A stretch of 64,000 bases of DNA from Ostrea edulis (Eukaryota): assembly GCF_947568905.1 (NCBI RefSeq), contig NC_079165.1, positions 62,496,001 through 62,560,000 of the forward strand. The letters run 5' to 3'. Every line of letters starts with the position of its first letter. Position 1 is the first letter of the stretch. The translations under genes were made by a program, and so were the position numbers. Under the pieces are notes generated by a model that saw nothing but the letters and a program-made list of their open reading frames with translations, was not told the origin of the DNA and made no database searches. Below are positions 1 through 13,528 of this stretch, in pieces.

Positions 1-2029
1 TCAACATTTAAGGGTAAATGTCAAGCTTACCTGACATTGCGTGGATGAAGGTACGTGTTCTTTTGTGTGTAGATAACCTACATAACCATTAAATATGAGG
101 TCTGATATACATATATTAACGTGTCCAACAAAGCTTTGATAGTGTGCATATTATAGAACAGGGTAGCGGTATGTATGTCACAGATATCTTATACATGTAA
201 TGTTGGGTCTAACTGAAGTTGCATTATGCATTAAATTTGCGTTCATGAATATCTGATTTCTAGGCTAACTAAAAGGTAACACAACAAATGGATCAGGGTT
301 TCATTTCTTGCCAAAAGAAAACAATTAATCAAGATTTTATGTAATGGACTCGCTAATAATGGACTAATCTGAAAAGAATTAAGGCAAAATACCCAAATCA
401 TTGATTTTGTTTCTAAACGTAATGAAAGTATTCGTCTTTGCTAATGGCATCGCGGTAGGATATAGTTACATGGACCTGTATTTAACAAAAGACCTTTCTG
501 AAAAATATAGGTCAGAATGCAACATCAGAATCAAGTCTGGTTGAATGTATCCATCGGTTATTATCACAAATGACATTAATATACAGTATCTTACATGAAT
601 TATGCGTGCAGTTTTAATCAATATGAAATACACAGTTACAAGGAATGGAACACTTCTCGGAAACCTTTCTGGCCAGTGATGTGAAAAATATATCATTAGG
701 TCAATAGCAGCATCTTAAGATTAATTATATGCATCCTAATGACCTTAATGTTGTTTTAAAAGTTTTGTTATTCTAGAATGAATGATTATAGATTTAGGAT
801 TTATTAAACTTACCATAAAATATTAAACTTGGAATTTATCAAGAAATTGCCGAACAATGGTAGTGTCCAAAACCTTCATCCACATATCTTGTAGATTCCT
901 TGTTTTACGCGGGTACATAACCACAACGATAGAATCCTAAATCTTTCTTTGTAGAAGGAGTTCCAATGACAAGAATTCAAAGGAATTCCATCCTTGTTGT
1001 TCCTATTCAAATCTCCTAACTACGAATTACAAAACTTTGCTGCATATCTACAAGATGCATAGGTCTACATTTATGGCATTTCACCAACAGCTGGTGACGT
1101 CTCAAAATCTGTAAACGGTTCTTAAAGAGCTGTAAAACAACAAACAAACTTAGAATTGTTTAGATATATTTTTATAGTACACGTCGATTCATTTGTTATT
1201 GAGCCCCCCTACAGTGATGAATCTTGTATGTAGGATATCTGTAAGGATGCATTCAGATACGAACTTCCGACGGATGCTGCAATTGACCTCTACGTCTTGT
1301 TTGAATAGTTAGATTAAATATGGGATGATGGGTTCCACCTCTTTTAATTGCATATTTCACAGTACTGAAACTTCTTTTAAAGCAGTGAAAGAAGCACACC
1401 ACAAGGCTGAATTGATATGCAAGCATGCTTCTGTAGCACTGGTCGATGTAAACGTCTTTAGAACAAGAAGAAAAATTAAAGGTGTTCCAAATATACTACT
1501 TGATGTGCAAGAAAAGTAAATCTAATTTGTCAAGCTGTACAGACTAAATAAAGACCTAAAGCACTTTGTACAAAACTCGTAATTCTGTTGAAAGTGAGTA
1601 CAATGGTCGCGCGGGCGATTCTTGGCCAACAGAGTGGACAATAAGCAATTGAATACAAGTATATTTCAATAAGGGTACAGACTGAATAGCGTTCCTGAAT
1701 TCAAAATCCTTGTTCTGTTTCAAAAATTAGTAAAGGTTGCAATATTCTATACATGTATCGACGACGTTTTATCTATTAACAGTATTAATTTTCAATCATA
1801 TGTCGATTCAATTTACCTCTATGAACCCAAAATAGAAGACACCACAGAGTATTTCATATCTGTTTCATATTTGGATATTTTATTGAACATAAATGTTGAC
1901 AGCACACTAAAAACTCAACTGGATAACAAACGGGATGACGACAGTGTCTCCATTGTAAAAATATATCAGTAGATCAAATGTTTGAATTATTGGTGAAGAA
2001 ACTAAATCGGGGGGGGGGGGGGGGGATCG

Positions 2030-2160
2030 GTGGAGAAAGAAATGAAAGAGAACAACTGACATGGGGTCAGGTCCACAGATGGACACAAGACAGACCAGCA
2101 TGGAAGTCTCTGGTGACGGCCTTGTGTGCTGACCAGCAGGACGAGGATTAAGTCAGTAAA
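2030..2160 (+). mobile_element. 3' remnant of an RTE-like LINE
   Basis: Translates, with one frameshift, as EKEMKENN-TWGQVHRWTQDRPAWKSLVTALCADQQDED*, followed by a TAAGTCAGTAA tail. This matches the RTE ORF C-terminus as I recall it. Confidence 0.65.
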
Positions 2161-2534
2161 TATGCTACAGATGTGGAACGTTTTCAATAATTACAAAGAT
2201 GCTTTTTCTTCTCATGGCCAATCAAAAAATGCTGAAATGTCAATGAAATAACTTTTGAAACCTTTTATCAAATCCATACTGTTACAGACATACACTCAAC
2301 ACCTTCAAACTTTGTTGGGTTTTCTTGACTTCCACTATTGCTTAACATTGTATGGGCGATATTTACTTGTGCATTGGGGAGGTGGGTGACAATCTCCGAA
2401 AAAATGACGCGTCATCATTCTCCACGTCTAGTAAACACCATCGCCATGTTTGTGCGTCAGTGGGATGGGCGGGAGACTGATGAAGGTACACCTCTAGCAT
2501 AGGTTTCCAGCATAACAACATAATGTTAATATTA

Positions 2535-2570
2535 TTGATGATTGATTGATTGTTTGTTTTTCGTCCCATT

Positions 2571-2601
<31 letters not shown>

Positions 2602-3115
2602 AGCTGTAGGTGAAGTAGCATAAATTTAGACCCATGCTTAGCGTGCAGGGCCCATATTCACAAAATATCTTACGACTAAGACAAAAAACATAATTCTGTC
2701 TGATAATCAAATACCGACCCCAAGGTCACAAGTATGTATTCAACTTTTATAAACCATGAATGTACCTTACATATTAATTAAGAAAGTCTACAAGAAATGA
2801 AAAATAAGGAAATTACCGTGTTTGTACATTTTTATCTTAGTCGTAAGATATTTTGTGAATAGGTGCCGTACCAGACTAATAGTGAGGGTTCTTTATCTCC
2901 CAACGCCTGCCGCGACATGAGACCTCCGTTTTTAACATGTATCCCAAAGACCCGTGTTTTTCATTTTTAAATGCCGAGCGTTTGGCGAAGGAGCAATCAC
3001 TACCATATTTTAACTTCGTGGGTTTGACGCGGACGTGGCACGAGCGGGACTCTAACTTACGTTCTCCCGGTTAGTTACGAAGCGAACGATCTACCACTGA
3101 CCTACCGCCACCGGT
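2535..3115 (-). mobile_element. tRNA-headed SINE interrupted by a MITE
   Basis: Box A/B-like head at about 3045-3115 and a (CAAT)n tail at about 2535-2555. Homologous to the copy at 58540-58827. Confidence 0.7.
2649..2867. mobile_element. MITE with 32-bp TIRs (Harbinger-like GGC termini)
   Basis: ggcccatattcacaaaatatcttacgactaag versus its reverse complement at 2836-2867, with 2 mismatches. Confidence 0.8.
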
Positions 3116-3491
3116 TTATATTGATGAATTCATACACTACGTACGAAATACGTATTTAATTCTAAAACAAAATCTTGTGTAAATTAAAGTTTTCCTGTAC
3201 GGAAATATTCCTTCACAAGACAATTTACTGTGAAAACATTTTACAGCCCCACCAGAAATTTACAGTATCTGTGAGATTTCGTTGAAATCGTAAGGCAAAT
3301 TTAATTCTACAAAAGAAAATATATAAACTGAAGTAAGTGCTTCACTTTCTGCTTGACTGATTTGTAATTTATTTCCATACATATTCAGAAGTTACAGACT
3401 GAATGTAAACACAAAACTGAATTATAAAATAAGGATGCTGTGGTTTAATGTTGTTTATATACATGTAATCGACTCATACATTGTACTATGA

Positions 3492-6400
3492 TTATTTTCT
3501 CTCCACCCTGTTTGTGGTTTCATCGTTTGTCCCCATGAATGATTTTCCGGTAAAATCTGTGTAATTTTCACACTCTTTTATTGCTGAATTGGGCACCTGA
3601 GAGAATAGATGGAAAAAACAAACTAAAAAAGGGAGAATTGACGTCTTCATCTCTTGTATATTTTTCATTTGTATTTTATTTTTCACGTTATTGGAGGATA
3701 GAATCAGAAAAGAAATGTTGTTTTAAATGGTAAATAGCAAAGCAGTTTTGGAACTATGTGTTCATCCTCTCTTTGATTATGTAATATATCATTCTAATTT
3801 TTATGTCTAGCTAAGGTGAAAGATTCCACATACCTTTTTCAAAGGAGTATACAAAGGGTGATGATGAACTTTGACCGGATTGTTATGACGTGTATTGTAG
3901 CACATGAGGTACGCCCAGCGCCGCCTGTCGGAGTCGTTTGGTCCACTGCAGTGAAGGAGGTTACAGCTGAACAGCAACGCGTCCCCTGGTGCATAGAAGA
4001 GTCATGTTCTGAACAATGTACGCTAAAATTCTATCCTATTCGTAATGCATGCATTGTGTTGATTTCACTAAAGATGATATACCTCCATGTCATGATTGTA
4101 TTATATAAAGTTTGAAATACTGTGGTTTCATAGATCTTCGTTTTGTTAACATAAACCTTGGTACACAAAATTCAAGGACAAGCTACATGCTGTTATTTCC
4201 CCTTAATCTAACATCCATATCACATGTACATGTAATATTGATTACTAGATTTTGCGGTATTCCTTTAACTAAATAAACTAAACATTTCTGTTCAATGAAA
4301 AATGATGGTAGAGTTATTGAAAATATTCCATACTCTTAAATCCCAGATCATGAATAGTTACTCAGACTGTTAATTTGTGTTACCTGGATCTAATTCCACA
4401 TACACTACATCCAGTTTCTTTTTCAGTTCTCTCACTCTATCAATGTCTGCTCCAGTTTGACCAGCAACCATACTGTGGTCAATACGACCGCATTTATGAG
4501 ATCCCCTCAGAACCTTTTTGTGCAGAAACAATTGCTTTGTTAATTATAGTAAGGTTTCACAATTAAGATGGCATTCGTCTTTGCATGTCATTCTTAGTTT
4601 ACATAAAATTTTAAAATGTACACACATGATTAAATGGACAAATTATTCATTCAAAAGACATGTATAAAAAAAATATCCAAAGTGAACCTTCGTAATAGTT
4701 TGTTCTTCTACTACTACTGACACCCGTAGGTATCCGGGATAGAATAGGTCCTCAGTACCCCTTGCTTATCGCAAGAGGCGATTAAATGGGGCGGTCCTTC
4801 GGATGAGACCGCAAAAGCAGAGGCCTCGTGTAACAGCATGTGTGGCACGATAAAGATCTCTCCCTGCTCAAAGGTCGTAAGCACCGGACATAGGCCTAAA
4901 TTTTGCAGCCCTTCACCTACAATGGTGACGTCTCCATGTGAGTGAAATATTCTCGAGTAGGACCTTAAACAGGATACAACCAACTACTACTGAATTTCAA
5001 TTAAATTTTACAGGTTGTTTTTCTTTCACCCAATACGTAGGCTTATGATTTCTAACCTTCAAACATCCGTTTGTTTTGTCACACTTATCTAGAGCCAGAA
5101 ACACGGTCAGCATTTCGGGGAAAAGACATCCATTCTGGTACCAGTATCTAGGGAATGAACATACATATATAGGGTGATTTTATTTGAATCTCGACATAGG
5201 AAATTGTAATCTCGGCTGAGATTCGGCTTGGCTGAATACTTGGACTGACGCCTTCACCGAATCTCGGAGCAGTCCTTCATAATTCATGTCTGAAAATTTA
5301 CGATCAGCTTCACCCGGTTCTAGCAATTAATGTGCACTTATATGACACTGCTGTTCTCTTCAGATAAGTTAGTTAACTATTAAACCAAATTTGTATCACT
5401 ATTAATGCAGCGTTACTTTCCGTCTAGGTATGTAAATTCCATAAACTAAACTATCACTAAATTTCCCTTTCAAATGAAGACTTCAATGGCGCAATATTTT
5501 ATCTCCCAAAATCGAAGAGTTCCTATAGCTTTTTAAATTAGCGATATACAAGTAGGTATGTGGAGATACAATGTATTAGTAACTAGATAAAACAGACTAT
5601 AGGAACTCTTCAATTTCAGGAGATAAAATATTGAGCCATGGAAGTCTTAATTTGAACGGAAAATTTAGTGGCTATTTTCATTTTGGGATTCTCATACCTA
5701 GACGGTAAGCAATGCAAAATTAATAGTGATAGAGAGTTAGTTTAACAGTCAAATCACTTATATGAAGCGAGTAGCAGTGTCGCTTAAGTGCACTTTAATT
5801 GCTAGAACCGGCCGAATCTGAAAGTAAATTTCCAGACATGAATTATGAATTAAGGACGAAGGTGTCAGTCCAAATATTCAGCTGAGCCGAATTTCAACCG
5901 AGATTAAGGAAATTGATGAAAAAGCCCATTCAATGAAAAACGTTCATGAGACTTGGCCTGGAGGTTTTACTTTTATCGTACAGTTACCAGTGGTGTAGCT
6001 ACATTGTAGCACTGTAAGCACGTGCTTACAAATATTTTCGTTAAAATTTTATTACATATTACGAAAAATGTCCCCAGACCCCCTACTTACAAATATTTCA
6101 AACCTAGCTGCGCCACTGCTGAGTCATACTCAAACTCAACCATGTTTGTTTTGATTACAACTCTGGGCAAGATTCGAAACATACTCGAATGTACTCCACT
6201 GGAGTGTGAGAAAGATTTTATAAAAGTTTTATAGCCTTTACTTTTGAGTATAAGTATTTTTAAGAGCACGGAGTTTGAGTATGAAAACGTATTCAAAAAC
6301 GTTGTATAACCTCCAGGCCAAAACTCAACAAAACATGTCTATCAACGACGTCCACCCTGAAAACCTACAAAAAAATTTGACAGTTAATATCGAAGTATGT

Positions 6401-8343
6401 CGTTATTAACACATACCCGTAATCTTGGTGCCATAGAAATGTACCGCCCGTATTAGGATTTTTCTGCACTAACTTTCCATGGTAATGATAAACTTCATGA
6501 CCACCAAGCAACTGTTGGAAAATTACATCCAAGATATATTTAGAATTTTGAGTTAGTTTATATGCAATGATATAACAAAGCTTGTACCATAACAGGATGC
6601 ATTCCAAAGACATAATCAGTTTTCATACTTTGATTTAACATCGAGTAATTTCGACTTCATACCCTCTCAGCAGCAGTAACAACTTTTTCCGATCTAGCAG
6701 CCATCCCAGTAACGTCATTTCCGGGATCGTTCCATACCGTAAGATCTACATTCCTCCCCAAACTGTCTTCTAGCTATCAATAATAGCAAGTTAAGTGAAT
6801 GAAGACATTGATGTTTCTTTATTTCATAACATTTTAAAGAATTTATTAGCTTGAATTCAAATGAGATTCTGAATTGTGTGTAATGAATATTGATAGTTAT
6901 TCAGCAGGCAGCTGCAACTTCCTTCCTTGGTGCTGCATCAGTCGAAAATGACCAAATCCAGAGAGCCGCAATGGACCAAAACAAAAACGTCCCCTGCACA
7001 GACGTACTGATGCAGAGGACGAATTCAGAAAAATAGACCAAGTCTTGTGCCGAAATGCAGTACTGAATATCGTGATATATCCCCGCCGGAAGACTGCACG
7101 GTTAGAAACCCGAGGGTGGTTATATGTCCCGACATTAATAAGCTTTTCATCATTCAAAAGTGTTTAGTGTTTACGTCCATCATCATTCATAAACAGATGA
7201 GTTCCGCGTTTATTATTTGTAAATCCCCGGACCCCAAATACTCTCTATAAATCTATAGAAAAATATAATTTGTTTTTGTTAAATTAAATGTCTCCCCAAC
7301 ATTGAAAGTGCTCTAAATTACACCCTTCCTCCCCTTAATGTACTGCATGGTATGGAGGAGAAAGCATGAACAGGAACATAGACAATATGAACTGCACTTT
7401 GTGCATTGAGGAAAAAGATGGAGAAAAGATTCAAATCGTTGTGACCAATGTCATTTGTACAGTGTATATGATACAAAAATAATGACGATTATGCTGAAGT
7501 ACCAATAGGAAAATGAACATACCTTTGTACATAAAAAGCTATAAAACAGTCCGTAAATTGTAGCTAAATATTACATCCCTGGGTCAGAACAATGTGAACA
7601 TCATTAAATGCTAATGAAGTATTGTACTCATTTCAAGGGTATCTGATAAGCCATATAGGAGGGAAAGTGTTTACAAGCTATTTTACACCCCACCCCTCTT
7701 TAAATACACTACAACATTAAGGATAATAATTGGATCCTCCTGTCCCGACAATATACAAATTTGCACATGGCAATGAAGCTTTGTACAAAGTTTCAAGTCT
7801 ATCAGAGAAGCCATACAGGAGAAGCGCTCTCAAGAGTGTGTGACAGACAGACAGACGGACGGACAGAACATACAAAACAGCATATCTTGCCCTGGAAGAG
7901 GGGAGACATAATAATATTAAATAAAAATGTCTAATAAATTGTGGTAGAATGCAGTTACATGTCAACATATATAAAATGATTTACCTGAGAATGATTCAAG
8001 GACAGAAATACAAATTACCGTAATCCTATTATTAACCATTTCCTCTGTGTCTTCGAAACATTTCTTTAACTTTCGTACTTCCTCGGCATCAAATAAATTT
8101 CTGTTGAAGCAAATAAAAAAGAGGATTAGAGTGTGTTTTATCTGTCCTTTCAATGATTAATCAGTTTGAACAATCAGACTTACCGAATAATAATATAACC
8201 ATTTTCCTCATACTTCTTTAGTTGTTGATCGCTTATATCATAGTTGGTACCTTAAATTAAAAAAAGATAATTACGTATATTCCTAAACCAAATTTTGCTC
8301 TTTGTCTGCAGAATTTCAGATTTAAAAATGACTTACCCGACAT
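3492..8343 (-). CDS. PhyH-family 2OG/Fe(II) dioxygenase A (phytanoyl-CoA dioxygenase / L-proline 4-hydroxylase-like), 9 exons, 279 aa
   Basis: Exons (minus): 8343-8337, 8250-8184, 8100-8019, 6773-6663, 6511-6417, 5147-5057, 4513-4384, 3985-3834, 3596-3492. All junctions are GT-AG and in frame. Protein [25 protein letters not shown]...[19 protein letters not shown]...YHYHGKL...[16 protein letters not shown]...NGCLKVLRGSH...[22 protein letters not shown] carries the HxD...H iron triad and the 2OG-binding Arg. Confidence 0.93.
4721..4982 (+). mobile_element. 5'-truncated SINE (Meta/MESC-like core)
   Basis: 11-bp target site duplication actactactga at 4710-4720 and 4983-4993. Contains tcgcaagaggcgattaa and an aacc tail. 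The family assignment is from memory. Confidence 0.75.
5208..5905. mobile_element. Foldback (long-TIR) non-autonomous element in PhyH-A intron 5
   Basis: About 5208-5530 is an imperfect reverse complement of about 5600-5905 (e.g. ctgaatacttggactgacgccttc / gaaggtgtcagtccaaatattcag; gaagagttcctatag / ctataggaactcttc). Confidence 0.8.
5955..6319. mobile_element. MITE (GGCCTGGAGGTT TIR) containing a nested CAGTGG-ended mini-element at about 5989-6118
   Basis: Outer TIRs ggcctggaggtt / aacctccaggcc; inner TIRs cagtggtgtagcta / tagctgcgccactg. Confidence 0.7.
7480..7915 (+). mobile_element. Helentron/HINE (pearl-like) remnant
   Basis: GACA/GACG microsatellite and a 3' end similar to the sibling copy at 35090-35250. 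Confidence 0.55.
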
Positions 8344-9914
8344 TCTTAATTCACCTGTGCTGACATGTGGCTCTCCTTGATAAGATAATGCTGTGCATGT
8401 TTACATATTCAAGGACAAGCATAAGTTACATATCGCTCATATCTTAACAACATTGTGACCTTTAACCTTATACGCATGTGTATAAAGAGTATGCATAATG
8501 ATGTGTTTCCATGCAACTAAAATAATTAAAATGCATATCTTACAGTAATAAAATTCTTGTGTATTTCTTGAGATAGTCGCCCAACGAACGTTTTCCAGAA
8601 ATAGTTCATTTGCAATAATAAATTTCATCAGCATCATTCATTTTATTTTCAGTTATGTGTTTACAAAATTTCTATTACCTACATTAATTTAGGGAAGGGA
8701 ATATGACACAAATGTTGATACCACAAATTGGCATGTGGTAATTATTGCATAAATGCATATGAAAAAGCCATATATCAGTTAGCAATATACCTGAATTTTC
8801 TGGTGTCACTTACATAGTAATACAACTTCATAATGATCTTTTACAAAGAGGGTGTTGCATCGAAGGGGGCATTTTCCCAAATCGGAGCTCCGTGCCAGCA
8901 CTTGTGACGTAGAACTGACCTTCATTCATATTTATACTCTTATTGCGTATTTGCCATTTAAATACCTGTAGGATTCCCCAATACTAAGGGCAAGCCTAAT
9001 ACATTTTAGTGTCAATACAATATACATGTAATCTAAACATAATTTTTGAAAATTAAAGTGTCTTTTTTTCTGAGTATCAAATACAATATATACGGTTACA
9101 TGTTAAGAGTGTATCAAATATTTGATATTCTGTACTACTACAGTCTAAAAGCTCTTATACTCGTATGTATTATTTTCTACAACCAACAGTTGGCAAGGCT
9201 GTACATAACTCTGACCACAAAACAAAATATGGGAAGTTTATTACGCATTAATAAAGTTCAACAAAATTCTAAATACATGCACCTGAAAACATTGATTCAT
9301 CAATATAGGAATTTTGAACCACACAGTAGACCATATAATTCTAAGGAAAATTAACGTACATGTGAAGTTGAAAATAATATCAGTGAAGTCGTTTGGATTT
9401 TTTTTAATTTACCCCCCCCCCCCCCCCCCCCCCCAAAATAACGCCTTTGTGAAACAAAATTCCAAAGCGACAGTTTTTTAGTGGAAAACTTGAAGAACAT
9501 TTTCATGCTTGTTCCACGAAGACATTTTCCTGAAATTCGGGGACACCCCTCCATTTTAACACTAAAAATCATATAAATCGCTTATTGCTTGATTTAAACT
9601 CGAATTATTTTGGCTAATTGTCAATACACGTCTTTTAAACTTATTTTCAAAAATGTTTGAATCAAGACATCGGTTCCAATTGGTTTTATCATATATTTGA
9701 ATAACTTAATTCTATCGATCTTTCATGCAATGCCTTTAGGGAAATTAAGATGAGACACCCAACACCTTCTTTAAGATTTTATTTGATCTAGATAGATGAC
9801 ATGTCAAAAATACAGGTATCATTATTATGCATAATAGCAACCTTGCTTTAAATCTAAACCCAGTAAATGCGCTGTTTCTTTATTATATCAATCTCATAAA
9901 TCGAAAGAATACAA

Positions 9915-10345
9915 AATTAAAAGTAAGGCAAACAAGGACACCTAGACACACTAGAGATCGGGTACCTACGAGGAGTAAGCATCCCCTGTTGACGGATCGC
10001 ACCCGCCGTGACATCGTGATGAGGTAAACGAAATAATCCGTATGTAAAGAACAGCCTAACAATCGGTGTGAAACACGTCAGACAGCATTCGACTTCTTGA
10101 CAGGTTGTAATTGCAAATGAGATTATAACAACCATAGAATGTGCGAAATGCTGACTTAAAACGAAACTTGAAATCTTTGTAACATAAACTTATTTATCAG
10201 TAGCCTGTCCCGATTTAAAATTGATCAGATGCAGAACATGCTTTCGCAGATTGAATCAGTTTAGAGATATAAACACTATATGCAGATGATAATGGAATAT
10301 TACTATATATAGATATGGGAAGTTGACGATGAACACCCTGAAGTC
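9915..10345 (-). mobile_element. Penelope-like retroelement 3' remnant
   Basis: Degenerate translation NFPYL.SNIPLSSAYSVYISKLIQSAKACS...KSAFRTFYG...MLSDVFHTDC*, followed by the ggggatgcttactcct 3' region. Family recalled, not searched. Confidence 0.65.
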
Positions 10346-11009
10346 ATCCAGTTTGTACTCGAAACCAGCCTCGCTTATGATCATGCCGAGTCATAGCCGT
10401 GATGGCAGTTGCCAGGAAACAACAGGTTAACATAAAGTGAATAGGCTTATAACTCTGTCTACATTTTTTCGCTTCTCTTTTATAAGTTGATGAAATTCTT
10501 GTTTGTTTACAAAATAAACTCTGTATAAATACGTTTGTTTCTGTTATGATGTCATTGAAGTGGCGGATCCAGGGTTTACGAAAGGGTATGTGTGAAAGTT
10601 AAGTATTAGCCAAAATACTCAGTCATTTTGGGTGCCAATCTGGAATTTTACTCACACTATTTCTATTATTTAAATTTGTGGCGAAAGGGGGGTGGGTCTA
10701 AATACCCTACTGCATTGCATAAGCAAGAAGCCAGGTGAAAGTACAGGAACTGACTTTTTGAAGCAGTGATTGTATTCATACGCAAGAACAAACTGATCAC
10801 GTGACCAAATTCATGTTACACGAAATTGAACATCGATTTCATTAGTACTGTCATATAAGGAAGTGCATTGGCAAATGTAAATATTAATTTTTAAAGGCGT
10901 GCACATACATACACCGTGGATACAACATTTTTCATAAATTGAATGAGATCGTGTTTTATTATCGTCCCTTCTTTTATGACATGCGAATCGCTTTTTAATG
11001 TATGACTTC

Positions 11010-11481
11010 TATGGAGCGCCAAATTAACATAAACTCAAATAATTGAAGATATCTTCAATTATTTGAAGATATCATCAATTCATTTGATGCGCACAACAAT
11101 TGAATTAAAGATATCTTCAAATAATTAATGATATCTTCAATTCTGAATTATTGCGCGCATTGAATGAATTGATGATAGCTTCAGCTAAATTGATGCGCGC
11201 TTTAATTGAATTAATGATCTCTTCAAATGACTTAATGATATCAACAATTGAATTGATGCTCGCTAAAATTCAATTGAAGAGAGCAATAATTGATATAATG
11301 CGCGCATTTGATGAGAGCAATAATTGAATTGATGTGCGCATTAATTCATTTGATGAGAGCAATATTTGATTTAATGCGCGCATTAGTTCAATTAAAGAGA
11401 GCAATAATTGAATTGATGATATCTTCAAATAATTGAAGATATCTTCAATTATTTGAGTTTATGTTAATTTGGCGCTCCATA
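11010..11481. mobile_element. MITE with about 70-bp perfect TIRs and an internal short-repeat core
   Basis: tatggagcgccaaattaacataaactcaaataattgaagatatcttcaattatttgaagatatcatcaattca is mirrored exactly at the right end. Confidence 0.85.
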
Positions 11482-12680
11482 GACTTTCGATCCTTTTCTA
11501 GAAAACAGCACCTAAGTTACATGCCGTGCGCGATGTTGACTATCGCATAACAATATGACGTAATACATTGCTTCCTACTAAGGAAAACCAATGATATATG
11601 AAAAAACATCCCCAGCACATAATATCATTTGATACGAAATGTCTTTCTTATTTTTGATGGTTTTATATTTACAAGGCACAATATGTTTTGTACGACTTTC
11701 GAAACCAAAAGTTGCGGCTTCGGGAAACATTTTGGACCTGAGGTCCAACAAAACACATGATGCCCCCTACCTCCGTAAATAAATGTATAATATGTTGTTC
11801 CGCCTAATCCTATGAAAGAACTGCCGACAAAATTCCATGAATTGTCCTTTAGGTACTTGTGTTCGACAGATTTAGTCTAAATTTAAGATACCCGCTGTCC
11901 GTGTGACGTCATTATATACGTAACGTACTCATGAGGCAGTCAGGCACCTTCGTAGCTCTCTGAAAAAATACTGGAACAAATCAGAGATTTGATCTGAATT
12001 TGTATAAGTAATAAATGTATGATATGTTTGGACCAATAAGATAGGTATTGAACTCGTACCTAGACAGTTATAGCAACCTTTGTGGTTGTGCTCAAAAACT
12101 CTTTGGACTGCTAAAATGCTATTATTTTACAGAGTAACGTTTATCATACTTTAAATCATAGGTGTAAATCATTCATTTATTTGTGAGATTGTATGTATCT
12201 ATTGTAAGCTACAGTGCTACAGGTTCAATTTATCGGAATTGGGACATTCCTCCTCAAAATGGGGGAGAGTGTAGTGTTTTGAGGGTGGATATTTTGGAAT
12301 TTCCGGTCCGGCTCCGAGTGCTCTGAGACTGCACGTGCAATTTTATCTCTCTCTTTTACCCGCGAACTCTAGGCGAACGGACGTGTCTGGAAATACACAG
12401 CATTGTAGTCGTTGTATTTGTTGGGTATTTGTAAGTTGTTCTGGTTATTTGTTTTATGTATTTATAAGTGTTTTCTGTTGTTTTCGTGCATAGGAAATCC
12501 CTTTACTATAATCAGATCTATCAACAGTTGCAATATTATACAGTTATTGATATTTTCTCGGTTAATACAATGCTTCACAGCTTCATGAGAAGTACAACAT
12601 TTACCTCGTCCCTCGTTCTCGGTGAATATATTGTACTTCTCAGGGAGCAAAAGCATCGTACACGATACTAGTTCATATAC

Positions 12681-12758
12681 AGGGGCTAAGCCCGTTTTGG
12701 GCCCGAGCTCTGTGATACCATAAACATAGAGTTTGGGCCCAAAACGGGCTTAGCCCCT
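12681..12758. other. 78-nt hairpin (34-bp stem, 10-nt loop)
   Basis: 24 perfect base pairs plus 10 more that include 3 G:T(U) pairs. Flanked by a 10-nt direct repeat agttcatata. Confidence 0.85.
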
Positions 12759-13376
12759 TTGAGTTCATATAATATGATCATGAACTATAGAGTTGCTAAT
12801 TGTTTTATTATATGATTGAATAACGAAAAAATGAAGATAACAAGCAATGATCATCCTCATAGAGAATATAAAATGACGGGTAAGGCAAACTCCTGCGGCC
12901 GATAAATAAAAACCAGTCTAATTCCCAATGATTTTGGCCTGACGTTGGAGAAATCAAAATGAAAGAACTGTCACAAATATGTATAGTATATGAACCAAAG
13001 TTGCTACTGATTTATTGTGGATTGCATTACTGCAAGGCAGACATATTTAATTAATTTCACAGAGAACGAAACCACGCGACGAGCTCGCTCCAATTATTAC
13101 GCAATTGAGTCACGTGATTAGCTCTTCATCAGCTAGTCTGTATCATCCCGACGTTTGTGTATACACCGACTCCCCACTAGTCCTGGATCCAGACTACAGG
13201 AGGAGTTAAATTCACAAATATCTAAAATTCTTGAAAAAGATAATAAAAAACTGAAATATGTTCTTTTGTCCATATCGGAAAGGGTGGGGGTCCTCCATCA
13301 CTACCATCAGTTCAAGCTTACATGTTTATCATTAAATACATTGTACTATTATCAAAATGTTGGAGGGGGCGTCAAC

Positions 13377-13379
<3 letters not shown>

Positions 13380-13443
<64 letters not shown>
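13380..13443. repeat. Compound (CT)n(AT)n microsatellite
   Basis: Directly visible in the sequence. Confidence 0.95.
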
Positions 13444-13444
<1 letters not shown>

Positions 13445-13528
13445 TTTTGCATACACATGTAAAAAATGTAAAACCCCAATGACCTACAGATGTACCATAT
13501 TTTCGTCGGGCCATTACGGGTTCCTAAA

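Noticed and set aside
1-1900. Possible coding remnants (ORFs 466-696 and 1325-1519)
   Set aside because: No recognisable domain in any frame I translated and no consistent exon chain.
6880-7250. GC-richer patch with short ORFs in PhyH-A intron 3
   Set aside because: Not needed for the gene model and has no identifiable motif; likely a transposable-element remnant.
7984-8018. Extending PhyH-A exon 3 to the downstream GTAAAT donor
   Set aside because: Phase and the length match to paralogue B favour the donor at 8018.
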